The notes: generated by a model from the sequence alone, not told the origin. A stretch of DNA of 64,000 bases from Rickettsiales bacterium (GCA_037968615.1 JBBKVX010000018.1:8543-72542); one strand, 5' to 3'. Positions 38,864 through 48,969 are shown, numbered from the stretch's first letter. Program-made: numbers and translations.

Positions 38864-40120
38864 ATGAAACCAAACCATGTATCCCCCGTTCGTACGCAGG
38901 CTGCGCTGTTGCTCAACCAATTGCTGCAGCAAAAATGCACGCTCGATGAGGCCCTTGCCGAGCGACCTTTGCAGGGCGAGGACGCCAGCGTGCGCACCGT
39001 GATGATGATGGTGCTGACCACCCTGCGCCATCTCGGCCAGGTGGATGCGCTGCTTAACCAGTATATGGAGCGGCCGCTGCCCGAAAAACGTGGCATGGCC
39101 ATTCAGGGCCTGCGCCTCGGCGTGGTGCAATTGCTGCTGATGCGCACCCCCGCACATGCGGCGATCAACGAAACGGTGAACATGGTGAAAGCCAGCGTGG
39201 ATGTAGGGCTCGCCGGGTTGGTGAACGCAGTGCTGCAAAAGATCAGTCGCGAGAATCCGCCGCTGCCGTCGCCCGTCCAGAACCTTCCGTCATGGGTAAA
39301 AACCCGCTGGCAAAAAGCCTATGGCGCCGATGCGGTGAAGGCCATGGCCGTGGTTGCGGCCGAGCGCCCGCCGCTCGATCTGCATGTTGGCGACCGCGAC
39401 TTTGCAGGCGGCGAACGGCTGGATGCGCGCCTGTGGCGCTTGCCGCCCGACCATGAATCCGTGGCCAGTTTGGCGGGCTACGACGAGGGTAATTTTTGGG
39501 TGCAGGATGTGGCGGCCACCTATCCCGTGCGGCTGCTGGGCGAGGTGAGCGGCCTTTCCGTGCTGGATATCGGCGCCGCGCCGGGCGGCAAAACAGCGCA
39601 GTTGGCGACGGCCGGTGCGCGGGTAACGGCGCTCGACCGATCCGCCGCGCGGATGGAAACGCTGAAAGAGAATATGGCGCGCCTTCGCCTGACGGTAACG
39701 CCCGCCGTGGCCGATGTGCTCGTGTGGGAGCCGACCGAGAAATACGACGCCGTGCTGCTCGACGCGCCCTGCAGCGCCACCGGCACATGGCGTCGGCACC
39801 CGGAAGTGCTGGCCGTCACCACGCAGCACGACATTACCGAGCTGGCCCGCCAGCAGCGCGCCATGCTGGGCCGCGCCTGGGGCTGGGTGAAACCGGGTGG
39901 GCGGCTGCTCTATTGCGTCTGTTCGCTTGAGCCGGAAGAGGGCGAGCAGCAAGCAGCATGGTTCGCCGAACATCATTCGGATGCGGTGCTGGTGCCCGCC
40001 GAGGCCGAGGGCATTCCTGCCGAGGCATTGGTGGATGGCATCCTCCGCACCCGCCCCGACATGCTCCGCGCGCAAGGCGGCATGGATGGATTTTTTGCTG
40101 CGGTGTTCCGCAAACAATAA
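38864..40120 (+). CDS. rsmB: 16S rRNA (cytosine967-C5)-methyltransferase RsmB/Sun
   Basis: NusB-like N-domain, SAM motif DIGAAPGGKT and catalytic LLDAPCSATGTWRRHPE. Start taken at the ATG at 38864. Confidence 0.85.
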   Translation: MKPNHVSPVRTQAALLLNQLLQQKCTLDEALAERPLQGEDASVRTVMMMVLTTLRHLGQVDALLNQYMERPLPEKRGMAIQGLRLGVVQLLLMRTPAHAAINETVNMVKASVDVGLAGLVNAVLQKISRENPPLPSPVQNLPSWVKTRWQKAYGADAVKAMAVVAAERPPLDLHVGDRDFAGGERLDARLWRLPPDHESVASLAGYDEGNFWVQDVAATYPVRLLGEVSGLSVLDIGAAPGGKTAQLATAGARVTALDRSAARMETLKENMARLRLTVTPAVADVLVWEPTEKYDAVLLDAPCSATGTWRRHPEVLAVTTQHDITELARQQRAMLGRAWGWVKPGGRLLYCVCSLEPEEGEQQAAWFAEHHSDAVLVPAEAEGIPAEALVDGILRTRPDMLRAQGGMDGFFAAVFRKQ

Positions 40121-40127
40121 TGCAATA

Positions 40128-40206
40128 TAACCTCCCCGGAAGGCGACTGCCGACCCGCGAAGCGGCGGGGTTAAGGGGCGAAGGGCCCCTTCTGCGCGCA
40201 GCGCCA
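40128..40206 (+). repeat. intergenic repeat family 1, copy C
   Basis: TAACCTCCCCGGAAGGCGACTGCCGACCCGCGAAGCGGCGGGGTTAAGGGGCGAAGGGCCCCTTCTGCGCGCAGCGCCAA. Lies between the rsmB stop and the rpe start. Confidence 0.8.
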
Positions 40207-40284
40207 ATCAAACAACAGCGTCGCGATGCGCCCGTTATGACGATTCGAGTTGAGCTACTGCGACGCTACTGATAAAGCCAGCTT

Positions 40285-40938
40285 ATGACCATTCGCATCG
40301 CCCCATCCATTCTCTCCGCCGACTTTGCCCGACTGGGCGAGGAGGTCGCGGCCATTTCCAAAGCCGGGGCCGATTTCGTGCATGTGGATGTGATGGACGG
40401 GCATTTCGTGCCGAACATCACCATCGGGCCGGAAGTGGTGCGCGCGGTGAAGCGCCACACGCAACTGCCGCTCGACGTGCATCTGATGATCTCCGACCCC
40501 GCGAAGTTCATTCCACTGTTCGCGGAGGCGGGGGCCGATATTATTTCCGTGCATGCCGAAGCCACGCCGCATCTCGACCGCGCCATTGCGCAGATCAAAG
40601 CGACGGGCAAAAAAGCCGGGGCGACCATTTGCCCCAGCACGCACGAATCGGTGCTGGAATACGTGATGGGCGAGGTGGATTTAATTTTGCTGATGACCGT
40701 GAATCCCGGTTTCGGTGGCCAGAGCTTCATTCGCAGCCAACTGCAAAAAATCGCGAACGTGCGCAAAATGATTCAGGCGACCGGGCGCGACATTATGCTG
40801 GAAGTGGATGGCGGCATCAACAAAGCCACCGCCAAAGAAGTGATCGCCGCCGGAGCCGATGTGCTGGTGGCAGGCTCCGCCGTGTTCACTGGCGACGCGG
40901 CGCAATATGCAGCTAACATCCAAGCGTTGCGTGGTTAG
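40285..40938 (+). CDS. rpe: ribulose-phosphate 3-epimerase
   Basis: IAPSILSADFARLGEEV, HVDVMDGHFVPN and VNPGFGGQ motifs. Confidence 0.95.
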   Translation: MTIRIAPSILSADFARLGEEVAAISKAGADFVHVDVMDGHFVPNITIGPEVVRAVKRHTQLPLDVHLMISDPAKFIPLFAEAGADIISVHAEATPHLDRAIAQIKATGKKAGATICPSTHESVLEYVMGEVDLILLMTVNPGFGGQSFIRSQLQKIANVRKMIQATGRDIMLEVDGGINKATAKEVIAAGADVLVAGSAVFTGDAAQYAANIQALRG

Positions 40939-40941
40939 CGT

Positions 40942-41517
40942 ATGAACCCGCTGCTCGCTTCCCTGCGCGACCATCACGTCTCCGCCCTCGATGGGTTCTT
41001 TGAGCAATGCGGCGAAGGGCTGGTGCAACTGGCCGACCACTGCGCTGCGGCGCTTAAAGCGGGAAACAAACTTTTATTCTGCGGCAATGGCGGCAGCGCC
41101 TGCGACGCCATGCACATCGCGGGCGAGTTCGTGGGCCGTTTTATCGACGACCGACCCGGCCTTGCGGCCATCGCTTTGTCGGCTGATACCGGCATCCTCA
41201 CCGCCATCGCCAACGATTACGCCTACGATTACGTGTTCGCCCGCCAAGTAGAGGCGCTCGGTAACCCCGGCGACGTGCTGATCTCGCTTTCCACCTCTGG
41301 CAGCAGCCCCAACGTGGTGCGCGCCATCGCTGCCGCCAAGGCAAAGGGCCTGCATACCGTGCTGTTCACCGGCGAAAAAGGCCGGGAAAACAAAGCGGGT
41401 GCGGCGCAATTGCTGGTGGTGCCCAGCCGCATCACGGCCCATGTGCAGGAGGCTCATATGGTCGGGCTGCATGGCGTAACCGGGCTGATCGAAAAACGCC
41501 TTATCCCCACCCAATAG
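40942..41517 (+). CDS. gmhA: D-sedoheptulose-7-phosphate isomerase (SIS domain)
   Basis: LLFCGNGGSACDAMHIAGEFVGRF and ISLSTSGSSPNV motifs. Confidence 0.85.
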   Translation: MNPLLASLRDHHVSALDGFFEQCGEGLVQLADHCAAALKAGNKLLFCGNGGSACDAMHIAGEFVGRFIDDRPGLAAIALSADTGILTAIANDYAYDYVFARQVEALGNPGDVLISLSTSGSSPNVVRAIAAAKAKGLHTVLFTGEKGRENKAGAAQLLVVPSRITAHVQEAHMVGLHGVTGLIEKRLIPTQ

Positions 41518-41533
41518 ATAAAATTGTCGGGAG

Positions 41534-41548
41534 TTAACCAATTATTCA
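41534..41548. promoter_or_regulatory. near-consensus CtrA box upstream of chpT
   Basis: TTAA-CCAATTA-TTCA, 7 of 8 half-site positions with correct N7 spacing. Embedded in GTTAACC and followed by an 8-bp inverted repeat, CTTTGCGG (41550-41557) / CCGCAAAG (41589-41596). Confidence 0.3.
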
Positions 41549-41625
41549 GCTTTGCGGCTGTATATTTGTATGGAGATTGCCCAAAGACCCGCAAAGGGCT
41601 ATAAAACATGGATGGAGTGAGCTGC

Positions 41626-42291
41626 ATGATTTCTGAAACCAAACTTGCTGAAATGCTTTGCACGCGTTTGTGCCACGATCTCACTGGCCCCATCGGCGCG
41701 GTGAATAACGGGGCCGAATTCCTCGGTGACGAAGGTTTCGACATGCAGAACGAAGCCGTCCAGCTCATCCTCAGCAGCGCCAACGAAGCGGTGCATCGCC
41801 TGATGTTCTACCGCTTGGCCTATGGCCGCGTCGGTGGTTCGGGCGAAGCCTGCCTCGCCGACAAAAAACAGATCGCCATGGATTTCTTCTCGGGCACCAA
41901 GATCAAGCTCGATTGGCCCGACAGCCACACCGACGCTTCGGGCATTTCCATTAGCCAGAAAATGGCGCGCCTTATCCTCAACCTGATGATCATTTCCGGG
42001 GCGTCGCTCATTCGTGGCGGCACGCTTTCCGTACGCCTTACCGCTTCCGACAATGAAAAACAGATTTCCCTCACCGCCAGCGGCGAAACCCTCAAGCTCG
42101 ATGCCGACATGCAGACGATCCTGCGTGGCGAAGGCACCGACGCGATGCTGAGCCCGAAATCGGCCCAGCCGTTTTTGGCCATGAAAATCCTCGAAGAAGT
42201 GGGTGCGAACCTGAGCTTCGAACTGCACAGCGATCGGCTCGAACTGGTGGTAAAGCAGCGCCAGGTTCTGATGGCGCAAGCCGCCCATTAA
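41626..42291 (+). CDS. chpT: histidine phosphotransferase ChpT
   Basis: LAEMLCTRLCHDLTGPIGAVNNGAEFL matches the ChpT/HPTransfase phospho-His region. The ATG at 41626 has GGAG 8 nt upstream; the alternative start is 41608. Confidence 0.75.
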   Translation: MISETKLAEMLCTRLCHDLTGPIGAVNNGAEFLGDEGFDMQNEAVQLILSSANEAVHRLMFYRLAYGRVGGSGEACLADKKQIAMDFFSGTKIKLDWPDSHTDASGISISQKMARLILNLMIISGASLIRGGTLSVRLTASDNEKQISLTASGETLKLDADMQTILRGEGTDAMLSPKSAQPFLAMKILEEVGANLSFELHSDRLELVVKQRQVLMAQAAH

Positions 42292-42315
42292 CTATCGTTA
42301 ACCGTATCAAATAAA

Positions 42316-42341
42316 AGCGGGAATCCTTGCGGGTTCCCGCT
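42316..42341 (+). terminator. rho-independent terminator after chpT
   Basis: AGCGGGAA / TTCCCGCT perfect 8-bp stem with a 10-nt loop, followed by a T-rich tract (TCAATTTCCTTTTCATTTT). Confidence 0.55.
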
Positions 42342-42441
42342 TCAATTTCCTTTTCATTTTGTCGGCCCCGTGTATGATGTTTGTGCGCCAAAACTTAAAA
42401 AAACAAAAAACTCCATCTCCAACGCACAGGGATAGCATCGC

Positions 42442-45192
42442 ATGGATGACCTTATCGGCGAATTCATCACCGAGACATCGGAATCGCTCGCAGTGCTCGA
42501 TACAGAGCTGCTGAAGCTGGAACAAAACCCAAACGACCAGGCCATTCTCGGGAATATTTTCCGCTTGGTCCATACCATCAAGGGCACTTGCGGGTTCCTG
42601 GGCCTGCCGCGCCTTGAATCGGTCGCGCATGCGGGCGAGAACGTGCTCGGAAAAATCCGTGACGGCGAGATCGTCGTCACCGGCGATACCATCACCATCG
42701 TGCTTGAAGCGCTGGATTGCATCAAAGGCTTGATCGAGTATCTGTCCGAAAATGGTAACGAGCCGGAGGGCGAGGACAACGACCTCAAGAAGCGCCTGAA
42801 TGCCTTCGCCGATTCCAATGGCGCCTCCGCTGGTGTTGCGGCACCGGTGCCCGCTCCCGTCGCCCCGGTGGAGGCCCCTGCGGCGCAGGAAAGCAAAATT
42901 GTCAGCTCCACTAGCCAAGCCGAAATGGATGCGCTGGAGGCAGCTTTTGCCAACGCCACGGCGGCGGACGGCATGGACTTCACCAAGGCCCCCGAAGTGG
43001 ATTGGGATGCCGTGCTGGCGGCCGAAGGCCTCGCCACTCCGGCACCGGAAATGGCAGCCCCGGCGGCTGCAGCGCCACCCGCTATCTCCGAGAAAACCAA
43101 AGAAAAGGCCATCAAGCAGGGCCTCGACACGGAAACGAAAGACGGTACGGGTGCAGGCGTTTCGCAGAGCATTCGCGTCAACATCGACGTGTTGGAAAAC
43201 CTGATGCAGATGGTGGGCGAGCTGGTGCTTACCCGCAACCAGCTGATGCAGATCGTGCGCCACCGCGACGACCGCGAGCTGAAAGGCCCGCTGCACCAAC
43301 TGTCGCAAATTACCACCGAGCTGCAGGAGGGGGTGATGAAAACCCGCATGCAGCCCATTGGCAATGCCTGGTCGAAATTCCCGCGCCTGATCCGCGATCT
43401 CAGCGGTGAGCTGCACAAAAAAATCGAATTGAAAATGATCGGCGAGGCGACCGAACTTGACCGCCAATTGCTGGAAATGATCAAGGATCCGCTTACCCAT
43501 ATGGTGCGCAATTCCTGCGACCACGGGCTGGAAGGCCCGGAGGAACGCGCGGGCAAAGGCAAGTCGCCCGTAGGCACGGTAACGCTGAGCGCATCGCATG
43601 AAGGCGGCCATATCGTCATCACCATCGCCGATGACGGGCGCGGTCTGCCCATCGATAAAATCAAACAAAAGATCATCGACAAGGGCATGGCCAGCGAAAG
43701 CGAGCTGGACGCCATGTCCGACGAAGCAATCATGCAGTTCATTTTCAAACCCGGATTCTCGACTGCCGAGCAAGTGACTTCAGTGTCGGGCCGTGGCGTG
43801 GGCATGGACGTGGTGCGCACCAACATCGAGAAAATTGGTGGCACCGTTTCGCTGACCTCCACCTGGGGCAAAGGCTCTACTTTCCATATCAAGATTCCGC
43901 TTACGCTGGCCATCGTGTCGGTACTGCTGGTGGAATCGGGCGGACAGAAATTCGCTGTGCCGCAACTGAATGTGCTGGAACTGGTGCGTACTGGCAGCGA
44001 ATCCGAATACGCGGTCGAGACCATCAACGACGCCCGCGTTATGCGCCTGCGCGACAAATTACTGCCATTGCTTTCGCTGCGCACCACCTTGCAGCTTCCC
44101 CCCGCTATCGTCACGGCGGAGGACGAGTACGAACCCGATTCCTACGTGGTCGTCGTGCGCGTCGGCGCCAACGATTTCGGCCTCGTGGTCGATCGCATCC
44201 ACGATACGGAAGAGATCGTTGTGAAGCCGGTCAGCCGCGTGTTGGGTGGGCTGGACGTCTATTCCGGCAACACCATCCTGGGCGATGGCAGCGTCATTCT
44301 CATTCTCGATCCGGGTGGGTTGGGCAAAGCGCTCGGCGACATCGATTCCGGTCAGGAATTGGCCGCCGAGGCCGCCAGCAGCGACGAACGCATGTCGAAC
44401 TTCCTGGTGTTCCGCGCTGGGGGTGGCTCGCAAAAAGCTGTGCCGCTGGAGCTGGTGTCGCGCCTTGAGGAAATTCACTACGACAAGCTGGAGCTGTCCG
44501 GCGAACATCCGGTGGTGCAATATCGCGGCGACCTAATGCGCCTCGACACGTTGCCCGGCATGTCGATGCCTGCGAGCGGCAAATTCGAAGTGATCGTGTT
44601 CACCTACGACGGCAAAACCGTTGGGCTGGTGGTGGAAGCCATCATCGATATCCAGCGCGCGCCACTGGCGATGACCATATCATCGACCGCCGAGCAGTAT
44701 CTGGGCAGCATCGTCATCAGCGGCAAAACCACCGACATCGTCGATGTGGGCTATCTGCTGAAAGACATTGCTGGCGACCTGGGCAATGCCGGGCTCTCGT
44801 CCGCACCGGTGGAAGGCGTGAAGCTGCTGCTGGTCGAGGACAGCCTGTTCTTCCGCAACCTCACCGTGCCGCTGCTCAAGAACATCGGCTACGATGTGAC
44901 GGCCGCCTCCAATCCAATCGAAGCGCTCGAATTCGCCTCCAAAACGCATTTCGACGTGGTGGTGACCGACATCGAAATGCCGGATATGGATGGGTTCGAA
45001 CTCACCCGCCGTCTGCGCGCCGATGCGCATTATCGCAGCACGCCGATCATCGCGTTCACCTCCACCGTGAGTGAGAACTTCAAGGAGAAGGGCGCCAAAG
45101 TTGGCCTCAGCACCATGATCCTCAAGACCGACCGGGAAGCGCTGATCGAGACCATCGTCCGCTACGTCACTCTTCAGAAGGAGGCCGCGTAA
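42442..45192 (+). CDS. cheA: hybrid chemotaxis histidine kinase CheA (Hpt, dimerisation, HATPase, two CheW-like domains, C-terminal receiver)
   Basis: 916 aa. Hpt motif FRLVHTIKGTCGFLG, an Ala/Pro-rich linker, and kinase G-boxes (DDGRGL, GRGVGMDVV). Two tandem CheW-like segments (aa ~520-660 and ~680-800). REC domain (KLLLVEDS...VVVTDIEMPDMDG). Confidence 0.9.
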   Translation: MDDLIGEFITETSESLAVLDTELLKLEQNPNDQAILGNIFRLVHTIKGTCGFLGLPRLESVAHAGENVLGKIRDGEIVVTGDTITIVLEALDCIKGLIEYLSENGNEPEGEDNDLKKRLNAFADSNGASAGVAAPVPAPVAPVEAPAAQESKIVSSTSQAEMDALEAAFANATAADGMDFTKAPEVDWDAVLAAEGLATPAPEMAAPAAAAPPAISEKTKEKAIKQGLDTETKDGTGAGVSQSIRVNIDVLENLMQMVGELVLTRNQLMQIVRHRDDRELKGPLHQLSQITTELQEGVMKTRMQPIGNAWSKFPRLIRDLSGELHKKIELKMIGEATELDRQLLEMIKDPLTHMVRNSCDHGLEGPEERAGKGKSPVGTVTLSASHEGGHIVITIADDGRGLPIDKIKQKIIDKGMASESELDAMSDEAIMQFIFKPGFSTAEQVTSVSGRGVGMDVVRTNIEKIGGTVSLTSTWGKGSTFHIKIPLTLAIVSVLLVESGGQKFAVPQLNVLELVRTGSESEYAVETINDARVMRLRDKLLPLLSLRTTLQLPPAIVTAEDEYEPDSYVVVVRVGANDFGLVVDRIHDTEEIVVKPVSRVLGGLDVYSGNTILGDGSVILILDPGGLGKALGDIDSGQELAAEAASSDERMSNFLVFRAGGGSQKAVPLELVSRLEEIHYDKLELSGEHPVVQYRGDLMRLDTLPGMSMPASGKFEVIVFTYDGKTVGLVVEAIIDIQRAPLAMTISSTAEQYLGSIVISGKTTDIVDVGYLLKDIAGDLGNAGLSSAPVEGVKLLLVEDSLFFRNLTVPLLKNIGYDVTAASNPIEALEFASKTHFDVVVTDIEMPDMDGFELTRRLRADAHYRSTPIIAFTSTVSENFKEKGAKVGLSTMILKTDREALIETIVRYVTLQKEAA

Positions 45193-45677
45193 TGGCCAAC
45201 GCCCTCGCCATCATCGACCATAACGCCACGCTGGCGCCTGTCGCGGCGGCGCAGCAGGAATTCGTCAGCATGCGCCTGAACGGCCAACTGTTCGGCATCT
45301 CCGTGATGGCGGTGCAAGACGTGATGCGCAAGCAGCCCATCGCGCCCGTGCCGCTGGCGCGCGACGTCATCGCTGGTTCCATCAACGTGCGTGGTCGCAT
45401 TGTCACGGCGCTCAACATGCGCAAGCGCCTCGGCCTCGCCGCCGATTACCCCGAACCCGAACGCGTGATGAAAGTGGTGGTGGATTATCAGGGCGAGCTC
45501 TACGCCTTCATCGTCGATGCGGTGGGCGACGTGCTGTCGTTGCAAATGAAACAATTCGAGAAAGTGCCCGCCAATATGGACGCCGCCTGGCGTTCGCTGG
45601 CGGCCGGTGTTTTCAAGTTGGAAAAAGAACTGCTCATCATTTTGGATGTGGCGCGTGTGATCGAGGAAATGGAATAA
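45192..45677 (+). CDS. cheW: chemotaxis coupling protein CheW
   Basis: 161 aa. QEFVSMRLNGQLFGISVMAVQDVM is CheW-like. The start overlaps the cheA stop. Confidence 0.9.
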   Translation: MANALAIIDHNATLAPVAAAQQEFVSMRLNGQLFGISVMAVQDVMRKQPIAPVPLARDVIAGSINVRGRIVTALNMRKRLGLAADYPEPERVMKVVVDYQGELYAFIVDAVGDVLSLQMKQFEKVPANMDAAWRSLAAGVFKLEKELLIILDVARVIEEME

Positions 45678-45678
45678 T

Positions 45679-46056
45679 ATGAAGACCTGCCTTGTCGTCG
45701 ACGATTCGAAGATCGTCCGTAAAGTGGTGCGCCGCATTGTCGAGAACCTTGATTTCAAAGTGCTGGAAGCCGAGGATGGCCAGCAGGCCGTGGAGCAGGT
45801 GCGTTTCAATAAGATCGATGTGATCATCCTTGATTGGAACATGCCCGTGATGGACGGGCTGACCTGCATGAAGACCATTCGCGCCGACAGCGATATCGAG
45901 CCGCAGCCCGTCATCATCTTCTGCACCACCGAAAACGAATTCAGTAAGATACAGGAAGCCGTGATGGCCGGGGCGAACGAGTATGTGATGAAACCGTTCG
46001 ACGAAGCCATCATCGCGGGTAAGCTGCGCCAGCTCGGCCTGCTTCCCGAGGCATAG
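45679..46056 (+). CDS. cheY: chemotaxis response regulator CheY
   Basis: 125-aa single REC domain (VVDDS, ILDWNMPVMDG, and K in VMKPF). Confidence 0.9.
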   Translation: MKTCLVVDDSKIVRKVVRRIVENLDFKVLEAEDGQQAVEQVRFNKIDVIILDWNMPVMDGLTCMKTIRADSDIEPQPVIIFCTTENEFSKIQEAVMAGANEYVMKPFDEAIIAGKLRQLGLLPEA

Positions 46057-46057
46057 A

Positions 46058-47206
46058 ATGAGTGAAAAGCCTCCCATCCGCGTGATGCTGGTCGATGATT
46101 CCGCTATCATTCGGGGCCTGATGCAACGGGCTCTCAAGCTTGATCCGGAGATCGAGATCGTAGCGACCGCAGTGGATGGGCAAATGGCCATCGACACTTT
46201 GCGCCGCACTCCGGCCGACATCGTGGTGCTCGACATCGAGATGCCGGTGATGGACGGGCTGACGGCCTTGCCCGAGCTGCTGAAAGTGTCGCCCTCTATC
46301 AAAATCATCATGGCGTCCACGCTAAGCATGCGCAACGCCGAGATCAGCATGAAAGCCATGGCGCTTGGCGCAATGGATTACCTGCCCAAACCCTCCGCCG
46401 CCAACCCGGATGAGGTGCAGCATTTCTACCGCGACCTGATCGAAAAAATTAAAGCGCTGGCTTCCGGTAACCCTTCGGGCGCCCGGGTGTCTGATGCGCC
46501 TGCCGCTTTGGCAGTTGCACGCGCCGCCGCAATTGTGCCCGTCGTGTCCGCGCGTGCTGCCATTGAGGCCACGGGTGCAGGGCCGATCACGCCACTCGCC
46601 AGCGTTGCCGAAGCGCTCAACCATGCGCCGCGCGCGGGTGCCATCGCCCTCGCTTCCTCCACCGGGGGGCCGCAGGCGTTGCTGTCGATCTTCGCGGCGC
46701 TGAAAGGTCGCAGCTTCAACGTGCCGATGTTCATTACCCAGCATATGCCGCCGAATTTCACCACCATCCTTGCCGAGCATGTCGGCAAAACGGCGGGCGT
46801 GGATTGCCATGAAGGACGCGACGGCGAGGAAGTGAAACCCGGTGTGGTGTATTTGGCCCCCGGCGACTTCCACATGACGGTGCAACGGCAGGGCACCGTG
46901 CTGGTCATCAAACTGAACCAGAACCCGCCGGAAAATTTCTGCCGCCCCTCCGCCGACCCCATGCTGCGCAGCTTGGCAGCGGCCTATGGCAGTAAATTGC
47001 TGACGGTGGTGCTGACCGGCATGGGCGCCGACGGTTCGCCCGGCGCGGCAGAAGTGGTGAAACAAGGCGGCACCGTGGTGTCGCAGGACGCATCGAGCTG
47101 TGTGGTTTACGGCATGCCGCGCGCGGTGGCCGAGGCCAAGCTAGTGCGTGCCGTACTGCCGCTTGGGCAAATGGCGCCTTACATCGCCAAAGCGATGGGG
47201 GCGTAA
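46058..47206 (+). CDS. cheB: protein-glutamate methylesterase/glutaminase CheB
   Basis: N-terminal REC (VMLVDDS...VLDIEMPVMDG) and a C-terminal methylesterase domain (IALASSTGGPQAL, GMGADG). Confidence 0.9.
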   Translation: MSEKPPIRVMLVDDSAIIRGLMQRALKLDPEIEIVATAVDGQMAIDTLRRTPADIVVLDIEMPVMDGLTALPELLKVSPSIKIIMASTLSMRNAEISMKAMALGAMDYLPKPSAANPDEVQHFYRDLIEKIKALASGNPSGARVSDAPAALAVARAAAIVPVVSARAAIEATGAGPITPLASVAEALNHAPRAGAIALASSTGGPQALLSIFAALKGRSFNVPMFITQHMPPNFTTILAEHVGKTAGVDCHEGRDGEEVKPGVVYLAPGDFHMTVQRQGTVLVIKLNQNPPENFCRPSADPMLRSLAAAYGSKLLTVVLTGMGADGSPGAAEVVKQGGTVVSQDASSCVVYGMPRAVAEAKLVRAVLPLGQMAPYIAKAMGA

Positions 47207-48037
47207 ATGAACAGCGCACCAGCACTCACCAAAGACGAATTCGATTTCATCAGCACCATGCTGAAACAGAAATCGGGCCTCACGCTGACCGAGGATAAAG
47301 GCTACCTGCTGGAAACGCGGCTGCAGCCCGTGGCGCGCGCCAACGGCCTCGCTGGGTGCAAGGAGCTTATCGGTCGCTTGCGCGTGAACCCGCCCCCGGC
47401 GCTGGTGCACCAAGTGGTGGAGTCGATGACCACCAACGAGTCGATGTTCTTCCGCGACACTAAACCGTTCGACCATTTGAAGAACGTGGTGCTGCCGGCG
47501 CTGAAGGCAGCGGGCAAAACTTCTGTGCGTATCTGGTCGGCGGCCTGTTCGACCGGGCAGGAACCCTATTCCATTGCCATGACCATCAAGGAAGAGGGCG
47601 CAAAATACACTGGTATGCGCTTCGACATCCATGCGACCGACTTGGCCGACAAGGTGTTGGAACGCTCGCGCTCTGGCATCTACAGCCAGTTCGAAGTGCA
47701 ACGCGGCCTGCCCATCATGCTGCTGATGAAATATTTCCAGCAGCGCCCCAACAATATGTGGGAGATCAACGACGAGATGAAAAAGATGATCTCGTGGGCG
47801 CCCGCCAACCTGCTCACCAGCTTTGCGGCGCTCGGTAAGTTCGACATTATTTTCGTGCGCAACGTGCTTATTTATTTCGACGAGAAAACAAAAACGGATG
47901 TGCTGAACCGCATGGCCGATATTCTCAACCAGCCGGGCTACCTGTTCCTCGGCGGCGCGGAAAGCACGCTCAACCTTACCAAGCGCTATACCCCCTCGGT
48001 CGAGAACCGCGGGCTGTTCACGCTTTCCGGCCTCTAA
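47207..48037 (+). CDS. cheR: chemotaxis protein methyltransferase CheR
   Basis: MFFRDTKPF and RIWSAACSTGQEPYSIAM motifs. Abuts the cheB stop. Confidence 0.9.
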   Translation: MNSAPALTKDEFDFISTMLKQKSGLTLTEDKGYLLETRLQPVARANGLAGCKELIGRLRVNPPPALVHQVVESMTTNESMFFRDTKPFDHLKNVVLPALKAAGKTSVRIWSAACSTGQEPYSIAMTIKEEGAKYTGMRFDIHATDLADKVLERSRSGIYSQFEVQRGLPIMLLMKYFQQRPNNMWEINDEMKKMISWAPANLLTSFAALGKFDIIFVRNVLIYFDEKTKTDVLNRMADILNQPGYLFLGGAESTLNLTKRYTPSVENRGLFTLSGL

Positions 48038-48077
48038 AGAAAAACCGCGCCGGGTTTCCCCGACGCGGCTGTTTCTT
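48038..48077. terminator. bidirectional terminator between cheR (+) and ctrA (-)
   Basis: A-run, then stem CCGCGCCGGG / CCCGACGCGG (one mismatch) with loop TTTC, then TGTTTCTT. Confidence 0.6.
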
Positions 48078-48094
48078 AGCGTGGCGAAGGAAGC

Positions 48095-48841
48095 TTACGC
48101 TTCTTCGGCAGCCAGTGCGGCTTTCTTGCGTTTCGCCAGTTCTTTGGCGGTCGGCTCAGCGCCCGGCTCGGGGTCCTTCAGCACGTAGCCACGGCCCCAG
48201 ACGGTCTCGATGTAGTTGTCGCCGCCGGAAGCGTCTTCGAGTTTTTTGCGCAGTTTGCACACGAACACATCGATGATCTTCAGTTCCGGCTCGTCGATGC
48301 CACCATAGAGGTGGTTCAGGAACATTTCTTTGGTGAGGGTCGAGCCCTTACGCAGCGAGAGAAGCTCCATGATGCCGTACTCTTTCGAGGTCAGGTGCAG
48401 CGGCTTGTCAGCCACTTCCACCGAACGGGTGTCGAGGTTCACCACCAGCTTGCCGGTGCGGATGACCGACTCGCTGTGGCCCTTCGAACGACGCACGATG
48501 GCTTGGATGCGGGCAATGAGCTCGCCTTTGTTGAACGGTTTGGTGAGGTAGTCGTCGGCGCCGTAGCCGAGGCCCTTGATCTTCTGGTCGGGGCCCGAGA
48601 GGCCCGAGAGGATCAGGATGGGGGTGTTGATTTTCGCGGCGCGGAAGCGGCGGAGCACTTCGTACCCATCGATGTCCGGCAGCATCAGATCGAGGATGAT
48701 GATGTCGTAATCGTACAGCTTGCCGATTTCCAAACCTTCTTCACCGAGTTCGGTGGTGTCGCAAATGATGCCTTCGGAGGCGAGCGACAGTTCGATGGCT
48801 TTGGCGGTTGAGGGATCGTCTTCTACTAAAAGTACGCGCAT
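48095..48841 (-). CDS. ctrA: cell-cycle response regulator CtrA (OmpR-family)
   Basis: Start at the ATG at 48841. [20 protein letters not shown]...[19 protein letters not shown]...[17 protein letters not shown]...VWGRGYVL is highly CtrA-like. Confidence 0.9.
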   Translation of the reverse strand: MRVLLVEDDPSTAKAIELSLASEGIICDTTELGEEGLEIGKLYDYDIIILDLMLPDIDGYEVLRRFRAAKINTPILILSGLSGPDQKIKGLGYGADDYLTKPFNKGELIARIQAIVRRSKGHSESVIRTGKLVVNLDTRSVEVADKPLHLTSKEYGIMELLSLRKGSTLTKEMFLNHLYGGIDEPELKIIDVFVCKLRKKLEDASGGDNYIETVWGRGYVLKDPEPGAEPTAKELAKRKKAALAAEEA

Positions 48842-48954
48842 GTGGTTAGCCCCTGTTATTGGTTTGCAGTGTTTTAATTCTCGTAGCGCCGACACGTTAA
48901 TTTCCGCAGGCCAACACCGCACGAACGGGGAGGCAGGGGTTAACGCCTTAAGTG

Positions 48955-48969
48955 TTAACATACTATTAA
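48955..48969. promoter_or_regulatory. perfect CtrA box (TTAA-N7-TTAA) upstream of ctrA
   Basis: TTAACATACTATTAA, located 114-128 nt upstream of the ctrA ATG. TTAA-containing sequence is also present at 48941-48951 and 48994-48997. Confidence 0.55.

Noticed and set aside
42288-42301. TTAACTATCGTTAA between chpT and cheA, resembling a CtrA box.
   Set aside because: The spacing is N6, not N7. The first TTAA contains the chpT stop codon. I kept only the N7-spaced sites as features.
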